Shown: positions 53,921 through 63,218 of the stretch, piece after piece
Numbering within the stretch: the first letter of the stretch is position 1
Layout: each line of letters begins with the position of its first letter
Assembly (NCBI GenBank): GCA_963756355.1
Contig: CAVWOD010000006.1
Span: 26,933-90,932 of the forward strand
Reading direction: 5' to 3'
DNA length: 64,000 nt
From: an uncultured Acidobacteriota bacterium
GTDB lineage: Bacteria; Acidobacteriota; Terriglobia; Acidiferrales; UBA7541
Made by a program: the position numbers and the translations under genes
The notes under the pieces: generated by a model
What the model saw: only the letters and a program-made list of their open reading frames with translations
The model's database searches: none
What the model was told of the DNA's origin: nothing

Positions 53921-55122
53921 ACGAGGTGCTTCTTCGAGCGTTCGCACAGTTGACCGGTAATCCCGACGGTCCCGCGGTACACGGCGGAAGCTGCGCGGCG
54001 GAGAAGGACGCTGTTGGGGCGCCGACCGTGATTTCCACGGATTCCGGGAATAGTACGACACGAGAACTGGCGGATCAGGGGTACACACGCACGCACAAAT
54101 TCGCGGTGCTCCCCTCCCGCAGCGAGCCGCGCTGGCTATTGCCCCTGGGAGACGCGCGCCGGACCCGTGAAGGATTTCGAATCTACACGCCGTATGCCCC
54201 CGTGGCGCGAATCCTGAAGAACGTAGCCGTAACGGTGATCGAAGCGGGTTGGACGGGTTGGTCCAAAAATCAGGTCCTGTTGGCCTCTCGCAAGCCGTTG
54301 CCCATCGAGGATCTGGTCCGCGAGGTGACGGGAGAACGCGACCCGATTTTTGCTTTGTCTCTGGGCGCACCAGGCAAGTACAGGAAATTGACCGTGCAGG
54401 TGATGCGCCCGGGATCAGAGATCCTGGGCTATATCAAATTGCCTCTGACGGAAGCGGCGAGCGGACGAATTCGGCGCGAAGCTTCCGCATTGCAGCGGCT
54501 GTGGAATTACCCTGAATTGCAGCCACACCTTCCCAAAGTGTTGCACACCGGAGAGTGGGAGAGCGGCCACCTCCTGTTTCAAACCGGCGGCCCCGCCGGT
54601 TCCAGCCAAACGGAGTTTAGTCCTATTCACGATGCATTCTTGAAGTCACTTTGGAAGGCTAGGCAGGTGGTGAAGCCGGCTGAGGTAATCATCAAGGACA
54701 CGGCAAACCGCTGGCTAAAGGCTGCGCCTCGATTGAGCGACGAACGGCGCGCGCTGGGAGACGCGGCACTGCAGAAAGCAAGCAGCGTTTTGGCCGGAAG
54801 CAAGATTGCCTGCGGCATTATGCACGGAGACTTCACTCCCTGGAACACGCGGGCCGAGGATGGCCGGCTGTTTGTCTACGACTGGGAAACCATCGAATGG
54901 GAAGCGCCGAACCTGTGGGACGTTTTTCATTTTCATTTGCAGGTGGAAAGCCTGCTCAACCGCAAAGGAAAGAACGGCGCGCAGAACGGCAGATCGTTGG
55001 TGGATCGAGCGTCATTCTGGCTTTATTTGTTGCGATCGATTTCTCAGCACGTGGACGAAGCGGCGCCGGGAAGCTTCGGCGCGGAATTCCGCTTCCAAGT
55101 GCTTGCCCGCGAACTTTCCTAG
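53917..55122 (+). CDS. Aminoglycoside-phosphotransferase/choline-kinase-fold (protein-kinase-like) phosphotransferase
   Basis: GTG start overlaps the upstream stop (GTGA) and GGAGG lies 6 nt upstream. Catalytic loop IMHGDFTPWN, metal-binding VYDWE and a candidate beta3 lysine in YRKLTVQVM. Confidence 0.7.
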   Translation: MNEVLLRAFAQLTGNPDGPAVHGGSCAAEKDAVGAPTVISTDSGNSTTRELADQGYTRTHKFAVLPSRSEPRWLLPLGDARRTREGFRIYTPYAPVARILKNVAVTVIEAGWTGWSKNQVLLASRKPLPIEDLVREVTGERDPIFALSLGAPGKYRKLTVQVMRPGSEILGYIKLPLTEAASGRIRREASALQRLWNYPELQPHLPKVLHTGEWESGHLLFQTGGPAGSSQTEFSPIHDAFLKSLWKARQVVKPAEVIIKDTANRWLKAAPRLSDERRALGDAALQKASSVLAGSKIACGIMHGDFTPWNTRAEDGRLFVYDWETIEWEAPNLWDVFHFHLQVESLLNRKGKNGAQNGRSLVDRASFWLYLLRSISQHVDEAAPGSFGAEFRFQVLARELS

Positions 55123-55137
55123 GACAAAATATTCTTC

Positions 55138-56472
55138 ATGTCTTCTCCATCCACAGAACTGGCCGCCTACACGATCACCGAACGCCTGATCGCCGTCCGA
55201 ACCTCGGCGATCGCGTGGATCGACAAGGTGATTTTTGCGGTTCTCGATCAAGGTTTGATTTCAGGATCGAATTTTGTGATGGGGATACTGCTGGCTCGCT
55301 GGCTTTCGGAAGAGCAGTACGGCGCATACGCACTGGCGTTCTCACTTTTTCTGTTGCTCTCGCAGTTTTACACTTCTCTTCTGCTCGAGCCAATGGCCGT
55401 ATTCGGTGGTTCGATCTACCGGACGCGGCTGCGCGGCTATCTGGGCACGCTGGTTTGGATGCATCTGGGAACAGCGTTTGTGATTTTCCTGGTTCTGGGA
55501 ATTGCGGCTTCGGTGGCGCGCTTTATGCATGCGGGCGCGAATCTTCCCAGCGCACTCCTGGCCGTGACGGTCGCGTCTCCCTGCATTCTGCTTTTCTGGC
55601 TGATGCGGCGCGCTTTTTATCTCGAGCTATCTCCGGCGGCCGCGGTGCTCAGCGCCGTCTTCTATTGCGTGCTGGTGATGGGCGGCCTGTTCATCATCTA
55701 CCGCCATGGTTTCCTTTCCGCTTTCACAGCCTTTCTGCTGATGGCCTTCGCCGCGCTGATGACCAGCGCCTTCTCGATGTTGCGATTGAAGCCGGTGCTT
55801 CAATTGATGCAGCTTTCGCCGAGTCTGCGGGAAAGCTGGAGCGAGCACTGGGCTTACGGCCGCTGGTCGCTTGCTACTGCGGCTCTGCTTTGGCTGCCGT
55901 CCAATTTTTATTTCCCGGTGGTCAGCGCGTCCGCGGGCATGGCCGGCGCCGGGGAATTGAAAGCATTACTGAATCTTGCCTTGCCCATCGGCCACACGGC
56001 GACTGCTCTTTCCCTGCTGTTTCAGCCTTATGCGTCGCGCATCAATCATCAGCATGGTTCTGGTCCTCTTAAGACATTTACCGGGAAAGTCTCGATGCTC
56101 TACGCGGGCGGCGGACTTGCCTATTGGAGCCTGCTGGTGATTTTCCGCGCGCCGATCGTGCATTTTCTCTACGGCGGCCATTACGAAAACCTGGTGGCGC
56201 TGGTTCCCTGGCTGGCGCTCGCTTCCGTGCTGCAAATCTCGCTCGCTGGTCCTTCGATCGGCTTGCGCGCAATGGAGTCACCCGCTTCGGTGTTCGTGGC
56301 ATACGCGGCTTCGGGTGCCGTCGCGGTTCTCGCTGGAATCCCGCTGACATGGAAATTGGGCGTTCAGGGCGTGATCGTCTCGATGATGCTCTCGAGCGTG
56401 GTGGGATTTGCCGTTGCGTTGTTCTTGCTACGCCGCAAGGCTAACGCCCTGGCGATCGCTGCAACTCTATAA
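55138..56472 (+). CDS. Wzx-like oligosaccharide flippase (MOP superfamily)
   Basis: 444 aa with about 12-14 hydrophobic helices. N-terminal LDQGLISGSNFVMGILLARWLSEEQYGAYALAFSL is typical of polysaccharide biosynthesis (PST) flippases. Confidence 0.65.
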   Translation: MSSPSTELAAYTITERLIAVRTSAIAWIDKVIFAVLDQGLISGSNFVMGILLARWLSEEQYGAYALAFSLFLLLSQFYTSLLLEPMAVFGGSIYRTRLRGYLGTLVWMHLGTAFVIFLVLGIAASVARFMHAGANLPSALLAVTVASPCILLFWLMRRAFYLELSPAAAVLSAVFYCVLVMGGLFIIYRHGFLSAFTAFLLMAFAALMTSAFSMLRLKPVLQLMQLSPSLRESWSEHWAYGRWSLATAALLWLPSNFYFPVVSASAGMAGAGELKALLNLALPIGHTATALSLLFQPYASRINHQHGSGPLKTFTGKVSMLYAGGGLAYWSLLVIFRAPIVHFLYGGHYENLVALVPWLALASVLQISLAGPSIGLRAMESPASVFVAYAASGAVAVLAGIPLTWKLGVQGVIVSMMLSSVVGFAVALFLLRRKANALAIAATL

Positions 56473-56479
56473 AAATCTG

Positions 56480-57748
56480 ATGCGCATACTTGTTTCAGCT
56501 TATGCATGTTCGCCGGGCCGCGGCTCGGAGCAAGGTGTCGGCTGGCATCGCATTCGCCAGCTTGCCCGCTTCCACGAGGTGTGGGGAATCACCCGCGTCA
56601 AAAATCGCGAGTCGATTGAGGCTGCGATGGAACGCGAGCGGATGCCCAATGTTCATTTTGTCTATCACGATTTGCCGCGCTGGGCGCGTTTTTGGAAGAA
56701 GGGCCGCCGTGGAATTCACCTTTACTACTATCTGTGGCAATTGACGGCCTTCCTGAAAGCGAGAAAACTTCACCAGCAAGTGGGATTCGACCAGGTACAC
56801 CACGTCACCTTTTGCAATTACTGGATGCCCAGCTTCATGGCCCTGCTTCCAGTTCCCTTCCAGTGGGGACCGGTAGGTGGTGGTGAAGCTCCGCCGTTCA
56901 GTTTCTGGAGTTGCTACAGCACTCGTGGAAAAGTTTTCGAATTTCTACGTATCGCGGCACAGCGTCTGGGAGAGATGGATCCCTTTCTGCGCGCGACTGC
57001 GCGGCGGGCTGCGGTAGCGCTGGCAACCACCGATCGCACAGCGGAACGACTGAAAATTCTGGGCTGCCGGGAAGTGCTGGTTTATTCGGAAGCCGGATTG
57101 CCGCAAGAGGAAATCGAGCGATTGGGCGCGATACACAGCCGCGGCAGCGGATTGTTCCGGCTGGTGAGCCTGGGTGATCTGCTGCACTTGAAAGGTTTCG
57201 AGCTTGGATTGAGAGCCTTCGCACAATTCCAAAAAACGTTTCCGTCAAGTGAATACTGGCTGATGGGCGAAGGCCCCGAGCGGGATCGCCTGCAGAAAAT
57301 CGCCCGTGAGCTGGGAGTGGAAAAAAGCGTCAAGTTCTGGGGACGGATTCCCCGCGCCGAAGTCCTACGGAAACTCGCGGAGTGCGATGTGCTGGTGCAT
57401 CCGAGCTTGCACGATTCGGGCGGCTGGGTATGCCTGGAAGCGATGGCTGCTGGCAGGCCTGTTATTTGCCTGGATATTGGCGGGCCGGGTCTCCAGGTGA
57501 CCGCTGAAACAGGCCTCAAGGTGAAAGCGATTTCGCCAAAACAGGCCATCGAAGAAATGGCCGCGGCAATGGAACAATTGGCACAAAATCCCGAACTGAA
57601 AAATCGCATGGGCGAAGCTGGACGCGAGCGCGTTCGTGAAATATTCGCCTGGGACAAAAAGGGAGAATGGCTGCGCGATCTGAGCGCGCGTATCGAGCGG
57701 GTCGATGCGCGGGCCGCTCTCGTCGAAGGAATCAAGAATGCCGGGTAA
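56480..57748 (+). CDS. Glycosyltransferase family 4
   Basis: MRILVSAYACSPGRGSEQGVGW N-terminus and C-terminal HPSLHDSGGWVCLEAMAAGRPVICLDIGGPGLQV. Confidence 0.8.
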   Translation: MRILVSAYACSPGRGSEQGVGWHRIRQLARFHEVWGITRVKNRESIEAAMERERMPNVHFVYHDLPRWARFWKKGRRGIHLYYYLWQLTAFLKARKLHQQVGFDQVHHVTFCNYWMPSFMALLPVPFQWGPVGGGEAPPFSFWSCYSTRGKVFEFLRIAAQRLGEMDPFLRATARRAAVALATTDRTAERLKILGCREVLVYSEAGLPQEEIERLGAIHSRGSGLFRLVSLGDLLHLKGFELGLRAFAQFQKTFPSSEYWLMGEGPERDRLQKIARELGVEKSVKFWGRIPRAEVLRKLAECDVLVHPSLHDSGGWVCLEAMAAGRPVICLDIGGPGLQVTAETGLKVKAISPKQAIEEMAAAMEQLAQNPELKNRMGEAGRERVREIFAWDKKGEWLRDLSARIERVDARAALVEGIKNAG

Positions 57749-59216
57749 CCAGGCTATCAAGCGAGTTGCGGCATTTGCGGGCTTCGCCTCGCTTGGATAC
57801 GTTGTTTTCCAGTATCCGCAGGCAGCCATGGTTCCGGTGGGGCTTATCCTCGCGGCTCTTGCGTTCACGAAACCTTCGATTGTGAAGCTTGGAATTGTCG
57901 GCCTGGTGCTGGTGCCTACCGAGGGTTTTTTGCGCAGCTCTGAAGCCGTAACCAATGCCATGCAATTGGCGCAAAGTATCGAATCGGGCAGCATGCTCAA
58001 CCGCGTCGCCGGCACGCTTCTGCTCGCCACGGGAATCATTTGTCTGGTCTGGGGCCGCCAGAGGATTGGCCGAGTCAACCTGATTCCCTGGGTCGGCGCA
58101 TTCATCTTATTCGCATTTCTTTCCATCGTGTGGTCACAGGGCCCCTCGCAGACCTTGCGGCGGGCGGCGGAAGCGCTTTTCGTCGCTGTGTTTGCCTTGG
58201 GAGTAGGAGCCGTTTACTTCGACCGGAAACCAGAAGGCTCGACCGAACTCATTCGCACGATGTGCTGGGCAAGTTCACTGCTGTCCTTTGCCGTGATCGT
58301 CGTCTCTGTGGCTCACGGAGACTTTCACATCGCGAATCCAGCCTGGCGGTTGGGCCGAATCGGAATCGAAAATCAGATCGGGTGGTGCGCATCGGTGGGA
58401 TTTCTGGCGGCCTGGGTTACGCGAGCCCGAAAGGATATTTGGACCCGGAAAGAATACTTGTGGTTCAACCTTTGGATTCCGGGGATGGTCGCGTTGCTGA
58501 CGAAATCGCGGGAAACCTGGCTCGGCGTCCTGGCAGCCCTTTTCTTTCTGGAGTTTCTGAAGCCTCGGCCCCTCAAAAAGAAAATCTATGGTGCGATGGC
58601 GGTCATGAGCATCGTTGTTCTCTTCACTCAAGTTCCCGCCCTGAAGCAGATGTGGAATCGCGGCGAAACCGATGAAGACATGCAAACGGCTTCCGGCAGA
58701 ACGCAAATCTGGCAGCAGGCACTTCCGATGATCCAGAACCACTTAATGCTCGGTCATGGATACGGCGCGTTCTGGATCGGAACCACCGTCCTCACCTTTT
58801 CCGCGGACTGGAGTCCCACGTCGCTGCATAACGGCTATCTGGACTCGACGGCGGAAGCGGGCTTGATTGGACTGCTCTTGATCGGAATCGGAGTGTGGGT
58901 CTCCAGCAGAAACGCCTGGAGATTAATGAAATATCCCGGACAGAGCGAAATCGCGCTGGTTCTCCTGGCTCTCACGGTCAATTTCATGGTGATCAATCTG
59001 TTCGGCGCAGTGCTCGAAGTTTTCAATTATTTCCCGGTGACGGCTTTGCTGGTTTACTCTTTTTTCGTCTCTCATCGCCTCGACTCCTTCACCCGGAAGC
59101 AGATACAGGACGGCTCATCATCACAGGCCACAGGCAACGGATTCGCAGGCCGGCCGGAAGAGTTTGCCTGGGCGGCAAGTTCTCAGCTCCACAGAGAACC
59201 CTATCCACACACATGA
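57738..59216 (+). CDS. O-antigen polymerase/ligase family membrane protein (Wzy-like)
   Basis: More than 10 TM helices. Wzy_C-type block LLTKSRETWLGVLAALFFLEF ... GHGYGAFW. Confidence 0.75.
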   Translation: MPGNQAIKRVAAFAGFASLGYVVFQYPQAAMVPVGLILAALAFTKPSIVKLGIVGLVLVPTEGFLRSSEAVTNAMQLAQSIESGSMLNRVAGTLLLATGIICLVWGRQRIGRVNLIPWVGAFILFAFLSIVWSQGPSQTLRRAAEALFVAVFALGVGAVYFDRKPEGSTELIRTMCWASSLLSFAVIVVSVAHGDFHIANPAWRLGRIGIENQIGWCASVGFLAAWVTRARKDIWTRKEYLWFNLWIPGMVALLTKSRETWLGVLAALFFLEFLKPRPLKKKIYGAMAVMSIVVLFTQVPALKQMWNRGETDEDMQTASGRTQIWQQALPMIQNHLMLGHGYGAFWIGTTVLTFSADWSPTSLHNGYLDSTAEAGLIGLLLIGIGVWVSSRNAWRLMKYPGQSEIALVLLALTVNFMVINLFGAVLEVFNYFPVTALLVYSFFVSHRLDSFTRKQIQDGSSSQATGNGFAGRPEEFAWAASSQLHREPYPHT

Positions 59217-59266
59217 GCCCGTTTCACAGCGTCTCCAGGACAATCAAGGATCGAAGGAGAAACAAA

Positions 59267-59971
59267 ATGAGCTTAGGCGCAATTTTGGGATCATTTGCAA
59301 GGAACCTCGACCACCGATTTGGCATTCAGGCCTTGTTGAACGGCGAACCCAGGCCGCCGATTGGTGGATTCGATTTAAAGGGTGAGAAATTTCTGGACTG
59401 GGGCTTTGTATGCGCTAACTTGCCGCCGGGCCCCAAGCGGGCGCTCGAAATTGGCCCCGGCCGTTCTCCCATCATTCCAGCGATGCTTGCTCTGGGCTAC
59501 GACGTCACCGCAATCGACATCGCCTCCGATCTTTCCAAGCAATTCGCGGGGATCCGCTTTATCAAGGGCGATTTCACGGGTGAGCTGCTGGAGGCAGGGT
59601 TCGAAATGATCGTGGCCTGCTCCACGGTCGAGCACATCGGGCTCTCCGGCCGTTACGGCTCCGCCGAGGATCCGGATGGCGACCTGAAAGCGATGCGCAA
59701 AATTACGGAACTTCTCCATCGGCAGGGATGGTTGTTCCTCACCGTCCCGGTGGGAATTGACGGAGTTCACCGCCCTTTCCACCGCGTCTATGGAAAAAAT
59801 CGGCTGCCGAAGCTGCTCAAGGGATTTGAAGTGGTGAAGTCGCGATTCATGGTGAAGGAACCCTGGGGCCCTTGGCGCTCGTGCGACCGCCCGACCGCGC
59901 TCGATTATCCGGCGAGCGCCCGCCGGTATGCTCTGGGCGAGTTTTTGCTGCGTAAGGAACGAGAGGAATAA
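59267..59971 (+). CDS. Class I SAM-dependent methyltransferase-like protein
   Basis: ATG 59267 is preceded by AAGGAGA. SAM motif I-like ALEIGPGRSPI, followed by VTAIDI. The ORF-track version (58895 start) overlaps the Wzy gene and is probably too long. Confidence 0.6.
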   Translation: MSLGAILGSFARNLDHRFGIQALLNGEPRPPIGGFDLKGEKFLDWGFVCANLPPGPKRALEIGPGRSPIIPAMLALGYDVTAIDIASDLSKQFAGIRFIKGDFTGELLEAGFEMIVACSTVEHIGLSGRYGSAEDPDGDLKAMRKITELLHRQGWLFLTVPVGIDGVHRPFHRVYGKNRLPKLLKGFEVVKSRFMVKEPWGPWRSCDRPTALDYPASARRYALGEFLLRKEREE

Positions 59972-60083
59972 GGCGCGGCGCAAGATGATGCTGAAGCGTA
60001 GGCCCCGCGCCGGCCGCGGCCAATAAAACAAGAAAACTTGTTTCGGGCCAGTGAAGATTAAAGGACCAAAGGAACCTCAAAAC

Positions 60084-60992
60084 ATGAATGAAGCGAAAGC
60101 ATTCCCCAAGATTTCGATCGTCACCGCCTGTCTGAATCACGGCGAATATCTCGAAGACGCCATTCTGAGCGTCATGCGCCAGGGATATCCGAATTTCGAA
60201 CATATCGTCATAGACGGCGTTTCGAAAGACAACACGATCGAAGTCTTGAAGCGCTATCCGCATGTCCGCTGGATCTCGGAACCCGATCGAGGCCAGTCGG
60301 ACGCGTTGAACAAGGGATTTAAGATGGCGACGGGCGATCTGGTCGGATGGATGAACGCCGACGAGTACTACATGCCGGGCGCGTTTGCTGCCATGGCCAA
60401 AGCCGCCGTGGCCAATCCCAAGACCGATGTCTTCTATGGCGACGTGCTGTTTGTTGATAAAGACGGAAGGCTGCAACGTTCCAAGACCGCACATGATTTC
60501 GACTTTAACGTTTTGCTCTACTACGGCTGCTTCGTGGTCACCGCAACCACGTTCTTTCGCCGCCAGATCTTTGACGAACAGATGATGCTGGACATGGACT
60601 ATCGAGTGGTGATGGATTTCGAATACTTTGTCCGGCTGGCTTCCCAGGGAAAACAATTCCAGTACGTCAATCAGATTATCGGAGCGTTCCGCTGGCTGGG
60701 CACGAACGCCAGCTTGCAGCACACCCGGCGGCGCATGGAGCGGCTGCGCGTGCAACGCACCTGGAGCCCGCGGAAAATGTCGGACCGCGGCTACGACGCT
60801 CTTGCGAAGTTCTACCAGACCAAACGCCTGCTGATGAAAACTTTCAACGGCGCCTATCGCAAGGAGTTCAGGGTTCTGCGGCACGCGCCGAAACAAACTT
60901 TGTGGTTTCGAACCCACCAAAGTTTCGAGACCTGCCGGAGCCTCATGTCCAAACGGCGGCCAAGCACCATGGACCCCAACTTCGCCACGTAG
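60084..60992 (+). CDS. Glycosyltransferase family 2
   Basis: ISIVTACLNHGEYLEDAILSVMRQGYPNFEHIVIDGVSKDNT and the DxD-type region WMNADEYY. Confidence 0.85.
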   Translation: MNEAKAFPKISIVTACLNHGEYLEDAILSVMRQGYPNFEHIVIDGVSKDNTIEVLKRYPHVRWISEPDRGQSDALNKGFKMATGDLVGWMNADEYYMPGAFAAMAKAAVANPKTDVFYGDVLFVDKDGRLQRSKTAHDFDFNVLLYYGCFVVTATTFFRRQIFDEQMMLDMDYRVVMDFEYFVRLASQGKQFQYVNQIIGAFRWLGTNASLQHTRRRMERLRVQRTWSPRKMSDRGYDALAKFYQTKRLLMKTFNGAYRKEFRVLRHAPKQTLWFRTHQSFETCRSLMSKRRPSTMDPNFAT

Positions 60993-61058
60993 GATTCGAG
61001 CGCCGCGAACCCAGGAATTGCAGTCCAGGCTGCATCTAAAAAGAGGTGTCTGACAGCA

Positions 61059-61859
61059 GTGGAACATACAACAAAAATTGTTACCACCAGTTGGGATGAC
61101 GGAGACCCGGCGGACCTGAAAGTCGCCAGCCTGCTGAGCGCGCGAGGTCTGCCCGGCACCTTCTTCGTTCCTATGACCGGCTACCGCGGGCGGCAGACGT
61201 TGATGCCGGCGGATCTGCGGTCCTTGTCCATGGAAGGATTTGAGATCGGAGCCCATGGCCTGACGCACAGAACTCTTTATGGTTTGCCCCAGCCGGAAGT
61301 TGAGCACGAAGTGCGGGGCAGCAAAGCCGCCCTGGAAGGAATCCTGGGAAGCGAAGTGCCGATGTTCTGCTACCCGCGCGGCAAATTCGACAGGAGAGTT
61401 TCCGACCAGCTCAAGGCTGCCGGTTTCCGCGGCGCTCGCACCACCCGGATGCTCTCCATTGAAACCGAATTTGCACGATTCGAGATGCCCACCAGCCTGC
61501 AAGTGTATCCGCATACTGCCTGGACCTACGTCAAGAATATTGCCAAGGCGCGCAAGGCTGGACGCCTGTTTGACTACTGGAGCCGGTTTCGCGGCACGGA
61601 AAACTGGGTGGCGCTTGGAAAGATCTTGTTCGATCGCGTAATGAAAGAAGGCGGCATCTGGCACCTCTACGGCCACTCCTGGGAAATCGAGGAACTTGGA
61701 TTGTGGAGCGGCTTGGCCGAGCTGCTGGACTACGTGCGTGGGCGTGAAGGAGTTCAATACGCTTCGAACACCGGCACGCTGAATGCAGTCACAGGTTATG
61801 GCCGGCCAATCCCCTTATTTCGAGAACACCTTGAAACTCAAAATTATTCTCGTTCATAA
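61059..61859 (+). CDS. Polysaccharide deacetylase (CE4 / NodB homology)
   Basis: GTG start. TSWDDGDP, GTFFV, EIGAHGLTH and FCYPRG motifs. Confidence 0.8.
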   Translation: MEHTTKIVTTSWDDGDPADLKVASLLSARGLPGTFFVPMTGYRGRQTLMPADLRSLSMEGFEIGAHGLTHRTLYGLPQPEVEHEVRGSKAALEGILGSEVPMFCYPRGKFDRRVSDQLKAAGFRGARTTRMLSIETEFARFEMPTSLQVYPHTAWTYVKNIAKARKAGRLFDYWSRFRGTENWVALGKILFDRVMKEGGIWHLYGHSWEIEELGLWSGLAELLDYVRGREGVQYASNTGTLNAVTGYGRPIPLFREHLETQNYSRS

Positions 61860-63183
61860 CTCGTACCAGCAGCCGGGTGGCGAGGACGTCATATTCGAGC
61901 AGGAGCGCAAGCTGCTGGAAGATGCCGGGCAAACGGTAATCGCCTATCGCCGCAGCAATTTCGAAGTCGAACAATTTTCCGGGGCTGGGCGGCTTACGCT
62001 GATTCAGCGGACCATCTGGTCAAACGATACATACAAGGAATTCAGCCGGTTGCTTCGCCAAGAAAAACCGGATCTGGTCCATGTACACAACACTTTCATG
62101 ATGATCTCGCCATCCATTTATTCGGCGTGCCACCAGGCGGGCGTTCCGGTGGTTCAGACTCTGCATAACTACCGCCTGCTTTGCCCCGGCACAAACCTTT
62201 TCCGCAACGGTAAAGTGTGCGAGGAATGCATCGATCATTCCCTGCTACGCGGGGTCCTTCACGGCTGCTATCGCGATTCGCGCGCGGCCACAGCAACCAC
62301 CGCGTTGATGCTTGGTGTTCACCGCGCGCTCGGCACCTGGCATGACAAGGTGAGTGCGTACATCGCCACCACGGAATTCGCCCGTCAAAAATTTGTGGCC
62401 GGAGGATTGCCTGCCGATCGGGTTCATGTGAAACCGAATTTTCTGGATGTCGATCCCGGGCCGAAACAGGAAGCCGGCGATTCCGCGTTGTTCGTCGGCC
62501 GGCTCGCTCCGGAAAAGGGCGGCGATATTCTTCTGGACGCCTGGGAACGTTTGAGTTTGCCGATTCCGCTGCAAATTATCGGCGACGGGCCGATGCGGGA
62601 ACAGCTTCAGGCCCGAGCGGCTCAACGGGGCCTCTCCCATATTCAATTTCGCGGCCAGATGCGGCGTTGCGAAGTAATTGACGCAATCAAAAAATCCCGC
62701 TTCGTGATTGTCCCCAGCCAGTGCTATGAGAATTTTCCGGTGACGATCGCTGAGGCGTTCGCCTGTGGCACCGCTGTGATTTGTTCGCAGCACGGCGGCA
62801 TGAAGGAAATCGTCGCCGATCAGCGCACCGGGCTGCACTTCACTCCCGGCGAGCCGGCGGATCTGGCGGCCAAGGCCGCGTGGGCCTGGATGCACACTCG
62901 AGAGATGGACGAGATGGGAAAAGCAGCGCGCCTGGAATATGAAGCGCGATACACCGCTGATAAGAACTACGCCATCCTGGCCGGCATCTATGCGCAAGCG
63001 CTCTCTTTCCGCAAACGGACGAATGACGCTGTCCAATCCTACGAGTCTGTTCAACCGGAAATGGCCACTACGGAGAGTCCCATCGCAGTTTCTGGAACCG
63101 CCAGTTTTCTAAGCAGGGAACCTGAGGGTAGTTCCTCGGCTCGTTTTTCCAGCGGCCAGAGGAACATTTTACCGCGTAGCTGA
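61783..63183 (+). CDS. Glycosyltransferase family 4
   Basis: KIILVHNSYQQPGGEDV N-terminus, a CxxC...C pattern and C-terminal PSQCYENFPVTIAEAFACGTAVICSQHGGMKEIV. The start is uncertain: 61783 or TTG 61831. Confidence 0.8.
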   Translation: MQSQVMAGQSPYFENTLKLKIILVHNSYQQPGGEDVIFEQERKLLEDAGQTVIAYRRSNFEVEQFSGAGRLTLIQRTIWSNDTYKEFSRLLRQEKPDLVHVHNTFMMISPSIYSACHQAGVPVVQTLHNYRLLCPGTNLFRNGKVCEECIDHSLLRGVLHGCYRDSRAATATTALMLGVHRALGTWHDKVSAYIATTEFARQKFVAGGLPADRVHVKPNFLDVDPGPKQEAGDSALFVGRLAPEKGGDILLDAWERLSLPIPLQIIGDGPMREQLQARAAQRGLSHIQFRGQMRRCEVIDAIKKSRFVIVPSQCYENFPVTIAEAFACGTAVICSQHGGMKEIVADQRTGLHFTPGEPADLAAKAAWAWMHTREMDEMGKAARLEYEARYTADKNYAILAGIYAQALSFRKRTNDAVQSYESVQPEMATTESPIAVSGTASFLSREPEGSSSARFSSGQRNILPRS

Positions 63184-63218
63184 AACGCACACATATTATT
63201 CCACTCAAGGAGAAACGA

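Noticed and set aside
59847-61757. 636-aa ORF on the minus strand spanning the methyltransferase, GT2 and CE4 genes
   Set aside because: It is codon-aligned antisense to the GT2 and CE4 frames. Its potential stops correspond to the sense codons TTA, CTA and TCA, which are rare in this GC-biased coding sequence. The translation is low-complexity with no motifs, whereas the sense-strand genes have clear family signatures. It is an antisense shadow ORF.
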